Below are positions 40,780-48,946 of a stretch of DNA of 48,946 nt, one piece after another (within the stretch, counting starts at the first letter, position 1; every line of letters begins with the position of its first letter). The DNA is from Anaerolineales bacterium (GTDB taxonomy: Bacteria; Chloroflexota; Anaerolineae; Caldilineales; Caldilineaceae). Both the position numbers and the translations under genes were made by a program. The stretch covers positions 1 to 48,946 of the forward strand of contig DAOUIC010000080.1 of NCBI GenBank assembly GCA_034428255.1, written 5' to 3'. The notes under the pieces are model-generated. The model made no database searches. It saw only the letters and a program-made list of their open reading frames with translations, and was not told the origin of the DNA.

Positions 40780-41445
40780 ATGTCTTTCAAGATTCACGGA
40801 AAGCTGGTCTGTCTGAACGGCCCCGGCAGCGGCCAGGAGGTAGTTCTGGGCGAAGGCACGAGCGTTGTTGGCCGAGCGCCCAACTGCGACATTGTGCTGG
40901 ATGACAAGTTCGCGTCGCGCCAGCATGCCATGATCGATCGCTTGGACGGCCAATACCTGGTGCGCGACATTGGCAGCAAGAATGGCATTTCGGTCAACCA
41001 GTACCGATTGTCCCGGGATGAATCGGTGGTCCTGACGGACGGCGCGGTTGTCACCTTTGCCAATACCCGGTTCCGATTTGAGGATCCGGCAGCGACGATG
41101 ACCAACCTGAGTCTGGAGAAGTCCGAGACCGCGCCGGTACTCCGGCTGCACGAAGCCAGTCGTCATGTGCTCATCAATGGTGTGCCCCTGAATCCTCCGT
41201 TAAGTCTGAAACAGTTCGACCTGCTGTGTCTGCTGCACGACAGGTTGGGCCAAGCGGTGAGCAAACACGAGATTGCCAGCGCCGTGTGGCCGGAGGAAAC
41301 CGATGGCGTGGCCGACAGCAACGTGGATCGCCTGGTCAGCCGGGTCCGTTCGCGGCTGGCGGACGCCACGGGCGGCAACCAGTTCATCGAAACGGTGCGC
41401 GGTTTTGGATTCCGGATGCTTGATCCCGACGGCAACGGGAAGTAG
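40780..41445 (+). CDS. FHA domain fused to an OmpR/PhoB-type winged-helix DNA-binding domain (transcriptional regulator)
   Basis: The N-terminal FHA is GTSVVGRAPNCDIVLDDKFASRQHAMIDRLDGQYLVRDIGSKNGISVNQ. The C-terminal Trans_reg_C pattern is VLINGVPLNPPLSLKQFDLLCLLHDRLGQAVSKHEIASAVWPEE...NVDRLVSRVRSRL...IETVRGFGFRM. There is no receiver domain. GGGAGGGA SD. Confidence 0.85.
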   Translation: MSFKIHGKLVCLNGPGSGQEVVLGEGTSVVGRAPNCDIVLDDKFASRQHAMIDRLDGQYLVRDIGSKNGISVNQYRLSRDESVVLTDGAVVTFANTRFRFEDPAATMTNLSLEKSETAPVLRLHEASRHVLINGVPLNPPLSLKQFDLLCLLHDRLGQAVSKHEIASAVWPEETDGVADSNVDRLVSRVRSRLADATGGNQFIETVRGFGFRMLDPDGNGK

Positions 41446-41485
41446 GTCCGCGGAGCGACTGGATTGCGGGCCCCCCTGTTTCAAC

Positions 41486-42130
41486 ATGCAACCATCCATC
41501 TTGTCGACAACCACCGCAATGACCTTGCCTGTTCTGGTCATGGCGGCGGGTGCTTCCCGCCGCATGGGGTACCCGAAGCAGTTGCTGCCCCTTGGGACCG
41601 GCACTGTCCTGACAACGGTTGTCGACACGCTGTTGGCTGCCGGCTGCACCCCTGTCGTGTGTGTGTTGGGGGCCTCGGGCACCCAAGTGGCGGCTGTGCT
41701 GGCCGGCCTGTGGGTCGAAACCGTGTACAACCCGGACTGGGACACCGGGGAAATGCTCAGTTCCGTTCAATGCGGCCTTCGCCACCTGTCGCGAACGGAT
41801 ACCCACCCCGGGTGCCTGGTCGCCCTCGGCGACCAGCCGGGCTTGACCACAGCCACGGTGCAGGCCCTGATCGGCACTGTGGCCAACAATCCGAATCGGA
41901 CGGTGTTCTGCAGCCACGGCATGCGACGGCAACATCCCATCTACCTGCCAGTGTCACTATGGCCGCGCATCTGCGAACTGCCGGTCTCCAGCACGCTGCG
42001 GGCCGTGACGGGCGATCCGCAACTGCCGGTCGCGTACGTAAATGTGGATTCGTTTAACGACTTCCGTGATCTGGACACGCCGGAACAGTATGATTCCTAC
42101 CGCGCTCAGGCGATGTCAGACACCGGGTGA
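41486..42130 (+). CDS. MobA-like NTP transferase (molybdenum cofactor cytidylyltransferase MocA-like)
   Basis: LVMAAGASRRMGYPKQLLPL...VLGA...GDQP... is typical of MocA/MobA nucleotidyltransferases. Start is either ATG 41486 or ATG 41519. The earlier part of track ORF 41273.. overlaps the FHA regulator. Confidence 0.75.
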   Translation: MQPSILSTTTAMTLPVLVMAAGASRRMGYPKQLLPLGTGTVLTTVVDTLLAAGCTPVVCVLGASGTQVAAVLAGLWVETVYNPDWDTGEMLSSVQCGLRHLSRTDTHPGCLVALGDQPGLTTATVQALIGTVANNPNRTVFCSHGMRRQHPIYLPVSLWPRICELPVSSTLRAVTGDPQLPVAYVNVDSFNDFRDLDTPEQYDSYRAQAMSDTG

Positions 42131-42133
42131 TGC

Positions 42134-42463
42134 ATGACAGGTTCTCTGTATCCGAAGCTCCAGCAGTTGATTGAGGATGGTACCACGGTCGCCATGGCGA
42201 CCATCACGGTGGTGAAAGGATCGGTCCCCAGGGAAGTGGGGGCGAAAATGCTGATTCATCCGGCCGGGCTCCACGTTGGCACGGTCGGAGGAGGGTGCGG
42301 TGAGGCGGACGTGATCCGCGCCGCCCTGGACGTAATCCGGGATGGGGAACCGCGCACCGTGCGCGTGGATTTGACCGAAGACATTTCGATGGACAGTCTT
42401 GGTGTCTGCGGCGGGATCATGGATGTTTTCATTGAACGCTGTGGTTCGGCGGATGCCGGATAA
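42134..42463 (+). CDS. XdhC/CoxI-family N-terminal domain protein (stand-alone)
   Basis: VAMATITVVKGSVPREVGAKMLIHPAGLHVGTVGGGCGEADVIRAALDVIRDGEPRTVRVDL...GVCGGIMDVFIE is an XdhC_CoxI N-domain only (109 aa). Confidence 0.75.
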   Translation: MTGSLYPKLQQLIEDGTTVAMATITVVKGSVPREVGAKMLIHPAGLHVGTVGGGCGEADVIRAALDVIRDGEPRTVRVDLTEDISMDSLGVCGGIMDVFIERCGSADAG

Positions 42464-42714
42464 CGGACCGCTTTCGTGTGGTGGACTAGTTCGGTTCCCG
42501 GCCTTTGGACAGTAGCCGGGCACTGAATGCAAACCCAAGCCGAGCAGCGCGATTTCGAAACCGGGCGCGGTGGGGCGCACAGCCGCGCCTGCCCACCGTG
42601 GTTGAAACCAAACAGGCAGGCAGGCAGCCGGGATCCGGCTGACGTCGCGTGCCGACCCAAATACGATTTCGAGGGCCTTCTCCGTTTCCGTCGGACGCCG
42701 ACGACTTGATTGGC

Positions 42715-43497
42715 ATGGATCTGTCCCTGCTCCAGGCACTGAATAGGGCGTTGCGCGGACGCAAGTCGGTCGCCGTGGTCACGTTGATCCGTGGAGAAGC
42801 CGCACCGGGGGTGACGGTTGGCGCACAGTGCCTTGTCGATCCTGCCAATGGCACCGCGCAGATGGGCCCACTCCGGTTGCCCGGGGCGATTGTAGAGCAG
42901 GTGTTGGAAATTATCTCCGGTCGGGAAAGCAAGGCCCTGCACATCCGGACCAAGGAGTGGGAGTGTGACCTGTTCGTTGAGGTGCATGCCGCACCTGCCC
43001 ACCTGCTTATTGTGGGTGCCGGCCACATAGCCGTGCCGCTGGCCAGCATGGCAAGCCTTTGCGAATTCCAGGTGACCGTGCTGGATGATCGGCCGCAATA
43101 CGCCAACCACGCCCGGTTCCCCGCCGCCGATCAAGTTCGGGCGGCGCCGTTGGTGTCGACCCTCCAATCAATGCGGAACGCCGGGCAGCTTGATCGGCAC
43201 ACGAGTGTCGTGCTGGTCACCAGAGGCCACCAGCATGACGTTGATTGTCTGACCGAATTGATCGGGGACGACCTGGCCTACATCGGCATGATTGGAAGCA
43301 AGCGACGGATACGCGCGGTGTGGGAACTCCTGGAGTTGGAATACAATCTGGATCGTTCCCTGTTCAGCAAGGTACACGCGCCCATCGGACTGGACATCGG
43401 CGGCAGGACCCCGGCCGAGATTGCGGTGGCCATCTTGGCGGAAATCATCATGGTGCACTACCGGGGACCACAGGCCGCGATGAGCATGCGGAGCTGA
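42715..43497 (+). CDS. XdhC family Moco-insertion accessory protein (N-domain plus Rossmann-like C-domain)
   Basis: VAVVTLIRGEAAPGVTVGAQCLV..., then LLIVGAGHIAVPLASMA...VTVLDDRP...VVLVTRGHQHD...YIGMIGSKRR...HAPIGLDIGGRTPAEIAVAILAEII. I preferred ATG 42715. Confidence 0.8.
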   Translation: MDLSLLQALNRALRGRKSVAVVTLIRGEAAPGVTVGAQCLVDPANGTAQMGPLRLPGAIVEQVLEIISGRESKALHIRTKEWECDLFVEVHAAPAHLLIVGAGHIAVPLASMASLCEFQVTVLDDRPQYANHARFPAADQVRAAPLVSTLQSMRNAGQLDRHTSVVLVTRGHQHDVDCLTELIGDDLAYIGMIGSKRRIRAVWELLELEYNLDRSLFSKVHAPIGLDIGGRTPAEIAVAILAEIIMVHYRGPQAAMSMRS

Positions 43498-43658
43498 CTC
43501 CCGGTTTCCTTTCGGTACCCACCCGAGTTGATCCGCACCGCCGGTGCCTTCAGGCATCGAGCGCTCCGGGCACCCGCCCCTCAGGGGTTTTGCTATGCGA
43601 AATGCTCGATGTCGCCACCCCGGCTGCTTGAACGTGTGCCTGGCGCGTGCCAACCCGC

Positions 43659-43697
43659 AGTCTCAGACCCTGGCATCGCGTGCCAGGGTCTGAGACT
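43659..43697. repeat. Perfect 17-bp inverted repeat (hairpin) between convergent genes; possible bidirectional terminator
   Basis: AGTCTCAGACCCTGGCA-TCGCG-TGCCAGGGTCTGAGACT. The flanking T/A tracts are only weak (TGATTTG on the plus side). Confidence 0.45.
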
Positions 43698-43744
43698 TGA
43701 TTTGCGGCGGTGGCCTTCCCGGTGCGAAAGGCAAGCATGGCACC

Positions 43745-44503
43745 TTATGCGAACGGCATAGGAACCTCTTCGAAATGCCGGTAGGTGTCTTCGCCGCGTA
43801 CCAGGATTGCCTTCCAACTCTTGCCGTGCGAGTTGTCCTCCGTCTGCTTGATCCAGGTTGGAACATATCGCAGCGTAAGGCCACAGCGCCGCCGCGTCGA
43901 GTGGTTCGGCAGGGAGCCGTGAATGAGGGTCCCGTCGTGGAGCGACATCTGGCCGGCCCTCAGCTCCAAGTTCGTTGCGGTGGCGGCCTGGCCCGGCGAC
44001 ACCGAAACCTCCTGGTTGATGCTTAGGAGATTGCCTACCCGTTCAGCCTTCCCGTGTTCCAGCAGACCCAGATCATGGGAACCCGGGATTACCTGCATAC
44101 AGCCGTTTTCAACATCGCTGTCGTCGACCGCGTACCACGCAGTTACCGCCAGCGGCGGTTCAAGGCCCCAGAACGTCACGTCCTGGTGCCATGCAACATA
44201 GGATTCGCCCAACCTGCCTTCACCGTACTTGTTGAAGAAATGCGTGGCCAGCAACAGGATGTCGGGGCCAATCAGGCCTTCGATGCAGTCGAGAATGGTC
44301 TCGTTGGTGGCGAGCCGCCAAATGAACTCTTCCTCGAAGTGATAGTCAATGAGCTCAATCTGGGCCCGTTCACGGCCAACGTGCTGTTCAATCCGGTCGA
44401 ACTCGGTGGCGTACTGCGACGCCTCCTGCGTTTCGATCACGTCGATGGCATTCAGGAAGCCGTCGCGCTTGTATCTGGTGATTTGTTCTTGTGTCAGAGC
44501 CAT
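43745..44503 (-). CDS. Phytanoyl-CoA dioxygenase (PhyH) family Fe(II)/2-oxoglutarate oxygenase
   Basis: YKRDGFLNAIDVI..., WHQDVTFW (HxD facial triad), AWYAVDDS, GSLPNHS...R. Confidence 0.85.
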   Translation of the reverse strand: MALTQEQITRYKRDGFLNAIDVIETQEASQYATEFDRIEQHVGRERAQIELIDYHFEEEFIWRLATNETILDCIEGLIGPDILLLATHFFNKYGEGRLGESYVAWHQDVTFWGLEPPLAVTAWYAVDDSDVENGCMQVIPGSHDLGLLEHGKAERVGNLLSINQEVSVSPGQAATATNLELRAGQMSLHDGTLIHGSLPNHSTRRRCGLTLRYVPTWIKQTEDNSHGKSWKAILVRGEDTYRHFEEVPMPFA

Positions 44504-44638
44504 GACGCATGACCTCGTCTTAATCTTGCGGCGTGCGCGATCGTAGCACTCCCCAATTGTTTATGCGTTCGGATGGTCCGCGCTCCGACCTCCGAAGACC
44601 ACACTGGGCAACGAGCAAACGAGCAGGTGGGCGGGCAG

Positions 44639-45481
<843 letters not shown>

Positions 45482-45579
45482 CCGTTTCTGGGTGCCGGCC
45501 TTGTCTCCGGACGACGAACTCTGGGGTTGACTGTCATCGGGCTGAAGGTGGTTGCCTTCGCCTTCCTGCTGTTCGTCAA

Positions 45580-46707
45580 CTACGCCCGAGTCATCGTCCG
45601 TTTCACTTTTTTTTCATCGGCGGCCTGTGTGCCTTCGACATCCTCGGTCGCCTGTTCGTCGCTGTCAACCATCTGTTGGGCCTGGGCTTCCGCTTCCTCC
45701 AAATTCTTTTGCAGATGGTCCGGATGCAGTCCGGCTTCCATGAAGGGCTGCTTCTTCATGCGGTGCGGAAGTGCCAATTCGGCGGCGTAGTGGATGTCGC
45801 GAGTGGTGATCTGCCGACGACCCTCAAAGGCTGCCTGTGCACACGCCGTCTTGAGGATAACGATGTCGGCCCGGTGTCCGTCCACGCCGAAGTTGGTGGT
45901 CAGAGCAGCGATGGTGAACAAGTCCCGGTCGGTGTACTCCACTTCGTGATAGCACCGGCGAGCCGCGATGACCTGTTTGCCAAGCGCCGTCTCCCTTTCC
46001 TTCCACTCGCACACAAAACCGTCCGGGTTCAGGTCGTACTCCAGCCGGCGCTGGAGTATGGCGACTCGTTCCTCGGCATCCTCGATGCCGGTCACATCCA
46101 CGGCATGGGCAAACCGATCCAACAATTGGGGCCGCAGGTCGCCCTCCTCAGGGTTCATGGAACCAATCAGGACGAAACGCGAGGGGTGCTGCACGCTGAT
46201 GCCTTCGCGCTCCACCGTGTTCACCCCCATGGCCGCGGAATCCAGCAGCAGATCAACCACGTGGTCATCCAGCAGATTCACTTCATCGACATACAGGATC
46301 CCCCGGTTGGCGGCGGCCAGCACTCCCGGTTCGAAATGCTTTTGGCCTTCCTGGATGGCCTTCTCGATGTCCAGGGTGCCCACCACGCGATCTTCGGTTG
46401 CACTCACCGGCAGATCCACAAAGGCGGTGGTTTTTTCAACCGTGGGCGCTGACGCCACGTTCGTCAGTTCACGGCACTGGAAGCAAAATTGTTCGGGCCG
46501 CTCCGGATTGCAACTGAAGGGACAGTCGGCCACGGCCGTGATGGGAGGCAGCAACGCGGCTAGGCCACGCGCGGCCGTGGATTTGGCCGTGCCGCGTTCG
46601 CCCCGGATTAGGACACCGCCAATCTGCGGATTGATGGCGTTCAGAATCAGGGCCCGTTTCATGCGGTTCTGACCGACAATGGCCGTTAAGGGATAGGTGG
46701 TGTGCAT
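45580..46707 (-). CDS. ChlI/BchI-MoxR clade AAA+ ATPase (magnesium-chelatase subunit I-like) with an acidic C-terminal tail
   Basis: YPLTAIVGQNRMKRALILNAINPQIGGVLIRGERGTAKST (Walker A), ILYVDEVNLLDDHVVD (Walker B), LIGSMNPEEGDLRPQLLDRF (sensor/arginine finger region). The tail is LEEAEAQAQQMVDSDEQATEDVEGTQAADEKK. Confidence 0.88.
   Translation of the reverse strand: MHTTYPLTAIVGQNRMKRALILNAINPQIGGVLIRGERGTAKSTAARGLAALLPPITAVADCPFSCNPERPEQFCFQCRELTNVASAPTVEKTTAFVDLPVSATEDRVVGTLDIEKAIQEGQKHFEPGVLAAANRGILYVDEVNLLDDHVVDLLLDSAAMGVNTVEREGISVQHPSRFVLIGSMNPEEGDLRPQLLDRFAHAVDVTGIEDAEERVAILQRRLEYDLNPDGFVCEWKERETALGKQVIAARRCYHEVEYTDRDLFTIAALTTNFGVDGHRADIVILKTACAQAAFEGRRQITTRDIHYAAELALPHRMKKQPFMEAGLHPDHLQKNLEEAEAQAQQMVDSDEQATEDVEGTQAADEKKVKRTMTRA
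45607..45614 (-). other. A8 homopolymer (A_AAA_AAA in the zero frame): candidate -1 slippage site or homopolymer indel
   Basis: Plus-strand T8. The minus strand reads GAT GAA AAA AAA GTG. The -1 frame is closed by TGA immediately 5' of the run and stays open from the run into the VWA ORF. Confidence 0.5.
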
Positions 46708-46821
46708 CGGGCACTTCCGGTTTGCGGGTTCAATACGGTTGGCTAGCGCAATCCGACACGGTTCGGTTTCCCTCCCCGCGTCCGCAACGCAGAGCGCAGT
46801 ATATAATCAGATTCGCCTTCG

Positions 46822-46843
46822 AAACCCAAAGCGCTTTGGGTTT
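46822..46843. promoter_or_regulatory. Perfect 22-bp palindrome in the divergent AAA+/ECF-sigma intergenic region (operator or 5' hairpin candidate)
   Basis: AAACCCAAAGC|GCTTTGGGTTT, lying 15 nt downstream of a TATAAT hexamer (46802-46807). Confidence 0.5.
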
Positions 46844-46845
46844 GC

Positions 46846-46868
46846 AACCTGTTTCCGTCGTGCGGCGT
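46846..46868 (+). promoter_or_regulatory. Candidate ECF-type promoter (AAC-N17-CGT) upstream of the ECF sigma gene
   Basis: GCAACC tgtttccgtcgtgcgg CGTAA. The AAC (46846-46848) and CGT (46866-46868) spacing matches the general ECF -35/-10 pattern. It lies about 40 nt before ATG 46907. This is pattern-level support only. Confidence 0.3.
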
Positions 46869-46906
46869 AAATAGAACAGACCCTCCATCGAATCCGACCG
46901 GTCCCC

Positions 46907-47551
46907 ATGTTCGCCGATGAACAAACCTCAAGACTCCAGGCACGTTGGCTGGCCGCTGCCCGGATTGGCAACGGAGATGCCTACGGCGCTCTGTTCATGG
47001 CCTACCACGCAGCCCTGGTGCGATACGCATGGCCGCTGGTGGGAAGCCGGGAAGATGCCGAGGATGCCGTGCATGACGCCTTTTTGAAATCCTGGCAGCG
47101 ACTGGACCGGTTCGACGAACGGCGCGGAACCTATGGAACGTGGATTTTCGCTGTCACGCGCAATTGTTGTCTTGACCGCCTCAGGGCCCGGAAGCGCCGT
47201 CCGACCTCCCCAACCCCGGATCCCGATGCACAGGCCGATTGGCTTGCCGACGATGCTCCGAACCCTGAACATCAGGCCATGCAGCAGGATCGGCAGTCGG
47301 CCATGATGGCCAGGCTTGCCATGCTGCCGCCAGCTTATCGGGAGACGTTGGTCCTGTTCTACTGGAACGACCTGAGCGTGCACGAAATCGCGCAGGTCAC
47401 CGGAACCTCCGAGTCGAACGTCAAGTCCAGGCTCAGCCGGGGACGCAGTCGCCTGGCAGACATTCTGCGTCGGGAAATAGGCGTGCGCCACGACCGCCAG
47501 CCGTCGTTGGACGCATTGGACCTGCTGTTGGCCGGATCCGGCCAAGTGTGA
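46907..47551 (+). CDS. ECF-subfamily RNA polymerase sigma-70 factor
   Basis: Region 2: DAEDAVHDAFLKSWQRLDRFDERRGTYGTWIFAVTRNCCLDRLR. Region 4: LPPAYRETLVLFYWNDLSVHEIAQVTGTSESNVKSRLSRGRSRL. Confidence 0.9.
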   Translation: MFADEQTSRLQARWLAAARIGNGDAYGALFMAYHAALVRYAWPLVGSREDAEDAVHDAFLKSWQRLDRFDERRGTYGTWIFAVTRNCCLDRLRARKRRPTSPTPDPDAQADWLADDAPNPEHQAMQQDRQSAMMARLAMLPPAYRETLVLFYWNDLSVHEIAQVTGTSESNVKSRLSRGRSRLADILRREIGVRHDRQPSLDALDLLLAGSGQV

Positions 47552-47590
47552 ATGCGGAGGCCGGCTGGGCGGTGCCGACTGCCTTGAGAC

Positions 47591-48193
47591 ATGGAAGTAC
47601 GAATCGTCCATCCGCGGTTTGAGGAGCTGCTGGCCTCCCAGTTGGCAGGTCGTTTGACGAGCGAGGACGCAGCCCGGCTGCAAGAGCACTTGGCAAACTG
47701 CAAAACGTGCCGGGCCCGGCATGCCGAGTTGAGGGCGGTATCTTCGGCCATGGATCGGCTGGAGATGCCAGGCCCCTCGAAACGGCTGGAGGCAAGGCTG
47801 CGCTCCAGCGTTGCGGCTCTGGATCCGGTGCCTGAACGGTTCCGGCCTTTCAAGCTGGCAATTTTGTTGACGGTTCTGGTCATTCCGCCCTTGTTTGCCT
47901 ATGCGCGCCTGCTGCTGGGCCTGGTCGGGTTGCCCGGTATCACTGCATTGGGCACAATTGAAGCTCTGGGATCATGGCTGTCGTATGCATCGCTATGGCC
48001 GCTGTTGTACTGGGTGGGGGCCAATGCGGTGGCTCCGGTCACCACGCAGCTTGCAGAGGCGAATTCCATACTGCAGTTGGTGATGCCTCCCTGGGTTGCC
48101 GCCTTCGCCTGGCTGCTGACGGCCGCGGCCGGTATGGGCGTTGTCTGCCTGCGCAATCTTATTGGAAGGACCCCGGTACCATCGCACGCCTGA
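47591..48193 (+). CDS. Anti-sigma factor (zf-HC2 type) with C-terminal transmembrane region
   Basis: N-terminal HLANCKTCRARHAEL (H-x3-C-x2-C zinc-binding anti-sigma motif) followed by several hydrophobic helices. It lies immediately downstream of the ECF sigma gene. Confidence 0.75.
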   Translation: MEVRIVHPRFEELLASQLAGRLTSEDAARLQEHLANCKTCRARHAELRAVSSAMDRLEMPGPSKRLEARLRSSVAALDPVPERFRPFKLAILLTVLVIPPLFAYARLLLGLVGLPGITALGTIEALGSWLSYASLWPLLYWVGANAVAPVTTQLAEANSILQLVMPPWVAAFAWLLTAAAGMGVVCLRNLIGRTPVPSHA

Positions 48194-48230
48194 CGCCTGC
48201 TCGTGCCGCGTCCACTCTGTTGTTGAACCG

Positions 48231-48917
48231 TCAACGGCGTCCGATGGGTTCGGAACTGCTGGCATCGTACGGAAGCAACTGCTTTCGAATCTTGGCATAA
48301 CGGGATCCGAAGTGGGCCCACCAAGGTCCGACGGTCCCGAACGGAACTGCCTTCTTCAGCACCGCCCGGAATGCATCGGCATGGTTGTCGAACGCGGGCA
48401 GATGGACACCGCAGTGCCCAATTTCCATCGGCATGTGGGCGTCACTCCCGGCCGTAACAGCCTTGCCGTGCCGCTGCGCCAGTGCCAAGGCCCGACGGTT
48501 GTCCCCGGGAAACATGCAACGGGAGTTCAGAACTTCGACGGCGTCCACTCGTTCAACGATTTCCAACGTGTGCTGCAGCCCCAATGCCGAGGAGCGCAGC
48601 CTGTCAACAGGATGTGGGATGGAAACCACGGCTCCCTGCTCTTCCAACAGGTCCAGCGTCTTCAACAACGGAAGCCCTTTGGGCACTTCTTCCTTGACAT
48701 AATACGCGATCACTTCGCCCACATCCGTCCGAACCTCTTCCCCGGGAATGATGAAGTCCGGATCCCGTTCCCACGCGATTTGGGCACCCAGGATGCAGTT
48801 GTGGTCGGTGATTGCGATCCGGTCGAAACCGAGTGTCCGCGCTCGTTCCATGACCCTGTGGATTGGGGCCAGGGAGTCCGGGCTGAAGTGGGTGTGCAGG
48901 TGCAGGTCAACTTTCAT
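48231..48917 (-). CDS. PHP-domain metal-dependent phosphoesterase
   Basis: MKVDLHLHTHFSPDS (HxH motif), AITDHN, GEEV, IPHP, GSDAH, giving a PHP family metal-ligand pattern. Confidence 0.85.
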   Translation of the reverse strand: MKVDLHLHTHFSPDSLAPIHRVMERARTLGFDRIAITDHNCILGAQIAWERDPDFIIPGEEVRTDVGEVIAYYVKEEVPKGLPLLKTLDLLEEQGAVVSIPHPVDRLRSSALGLQHTLEIVERVDAVEVLNSRCMFPGDNRRALALAQRHGKAVTAGSDAHMPMEIGHCGVHLPAFDNHADAFRAVLKKAVPFGTVGPWWAHFGSRYAKIRKQLLPYDASSSEPIGRR

Positions 48918-48946
48918 GACGTGATGCGTTGGGGAGCCAGGGCTCG

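Overview
GC-rich, tightly packed bacterial chromosomal segment with about 44 protein genes and 2 tRNAs. I saw no rRNA, CRISPR array, transposase, integrase or phage signal. Content is mostly housekeeping. Left to right: maeB (cut by the window edge), a CaCA antiporter, miaB, an SDR, a HAD-like/CpXC pair, and cinA. Next comes a cell-envelope glycopolymer cluster (two tandem LCP ligases, a TIM-barrel sugar isomerase, a membrane protein, a GT4 glycosyltransferase, GtrA). Then tRNA-Ser(CGA), prfB with its classical +1 frameshift, ftsY, thrC and smc. Three uncharacterised membrane proteins follow, then gltX, tRNA-Gln(CUG), DUF3500 and glnS. After that: a BKACE enzyme with sucCD and acs, a CPBP protease, dtd, a Ser/Thr kinase divergent from an FHA-winged-helix regulator, and MocA/XdhC Moco-maturation genes. 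The right end holds a PhyH dioxygenase, a ChlI/MoxR-type AAA+ ATPase plus VWA pair, an ECF sigma/anti-sigma pair and a PHP phosphoesterase. Many long ORFs in the track are antisense shadows typical of high-GC DNA and were discarded. I did not find a clear accessory or defence island. The most unusual signals are recoding and initiation anomalies: (1) an A8 run that joins the AAA+ ORF to the downstream VWA ORF in the -1 frame through an acidic linker; (2) gltX and (3) ftsY, whose conserved N-termini lie upstream of any ATG/GTG/TTG but directly behind strong Shine-Dalgarno sequences facing ATC and CTG codons. Lineage cannot be fixed from sequence alone. LCP ligases, GlnRS and Thr/Pro-linker kinases suggest a high-GC monoderm-like bacterium such as Chloroflexota or Actinomycetota (low-confidence inference).
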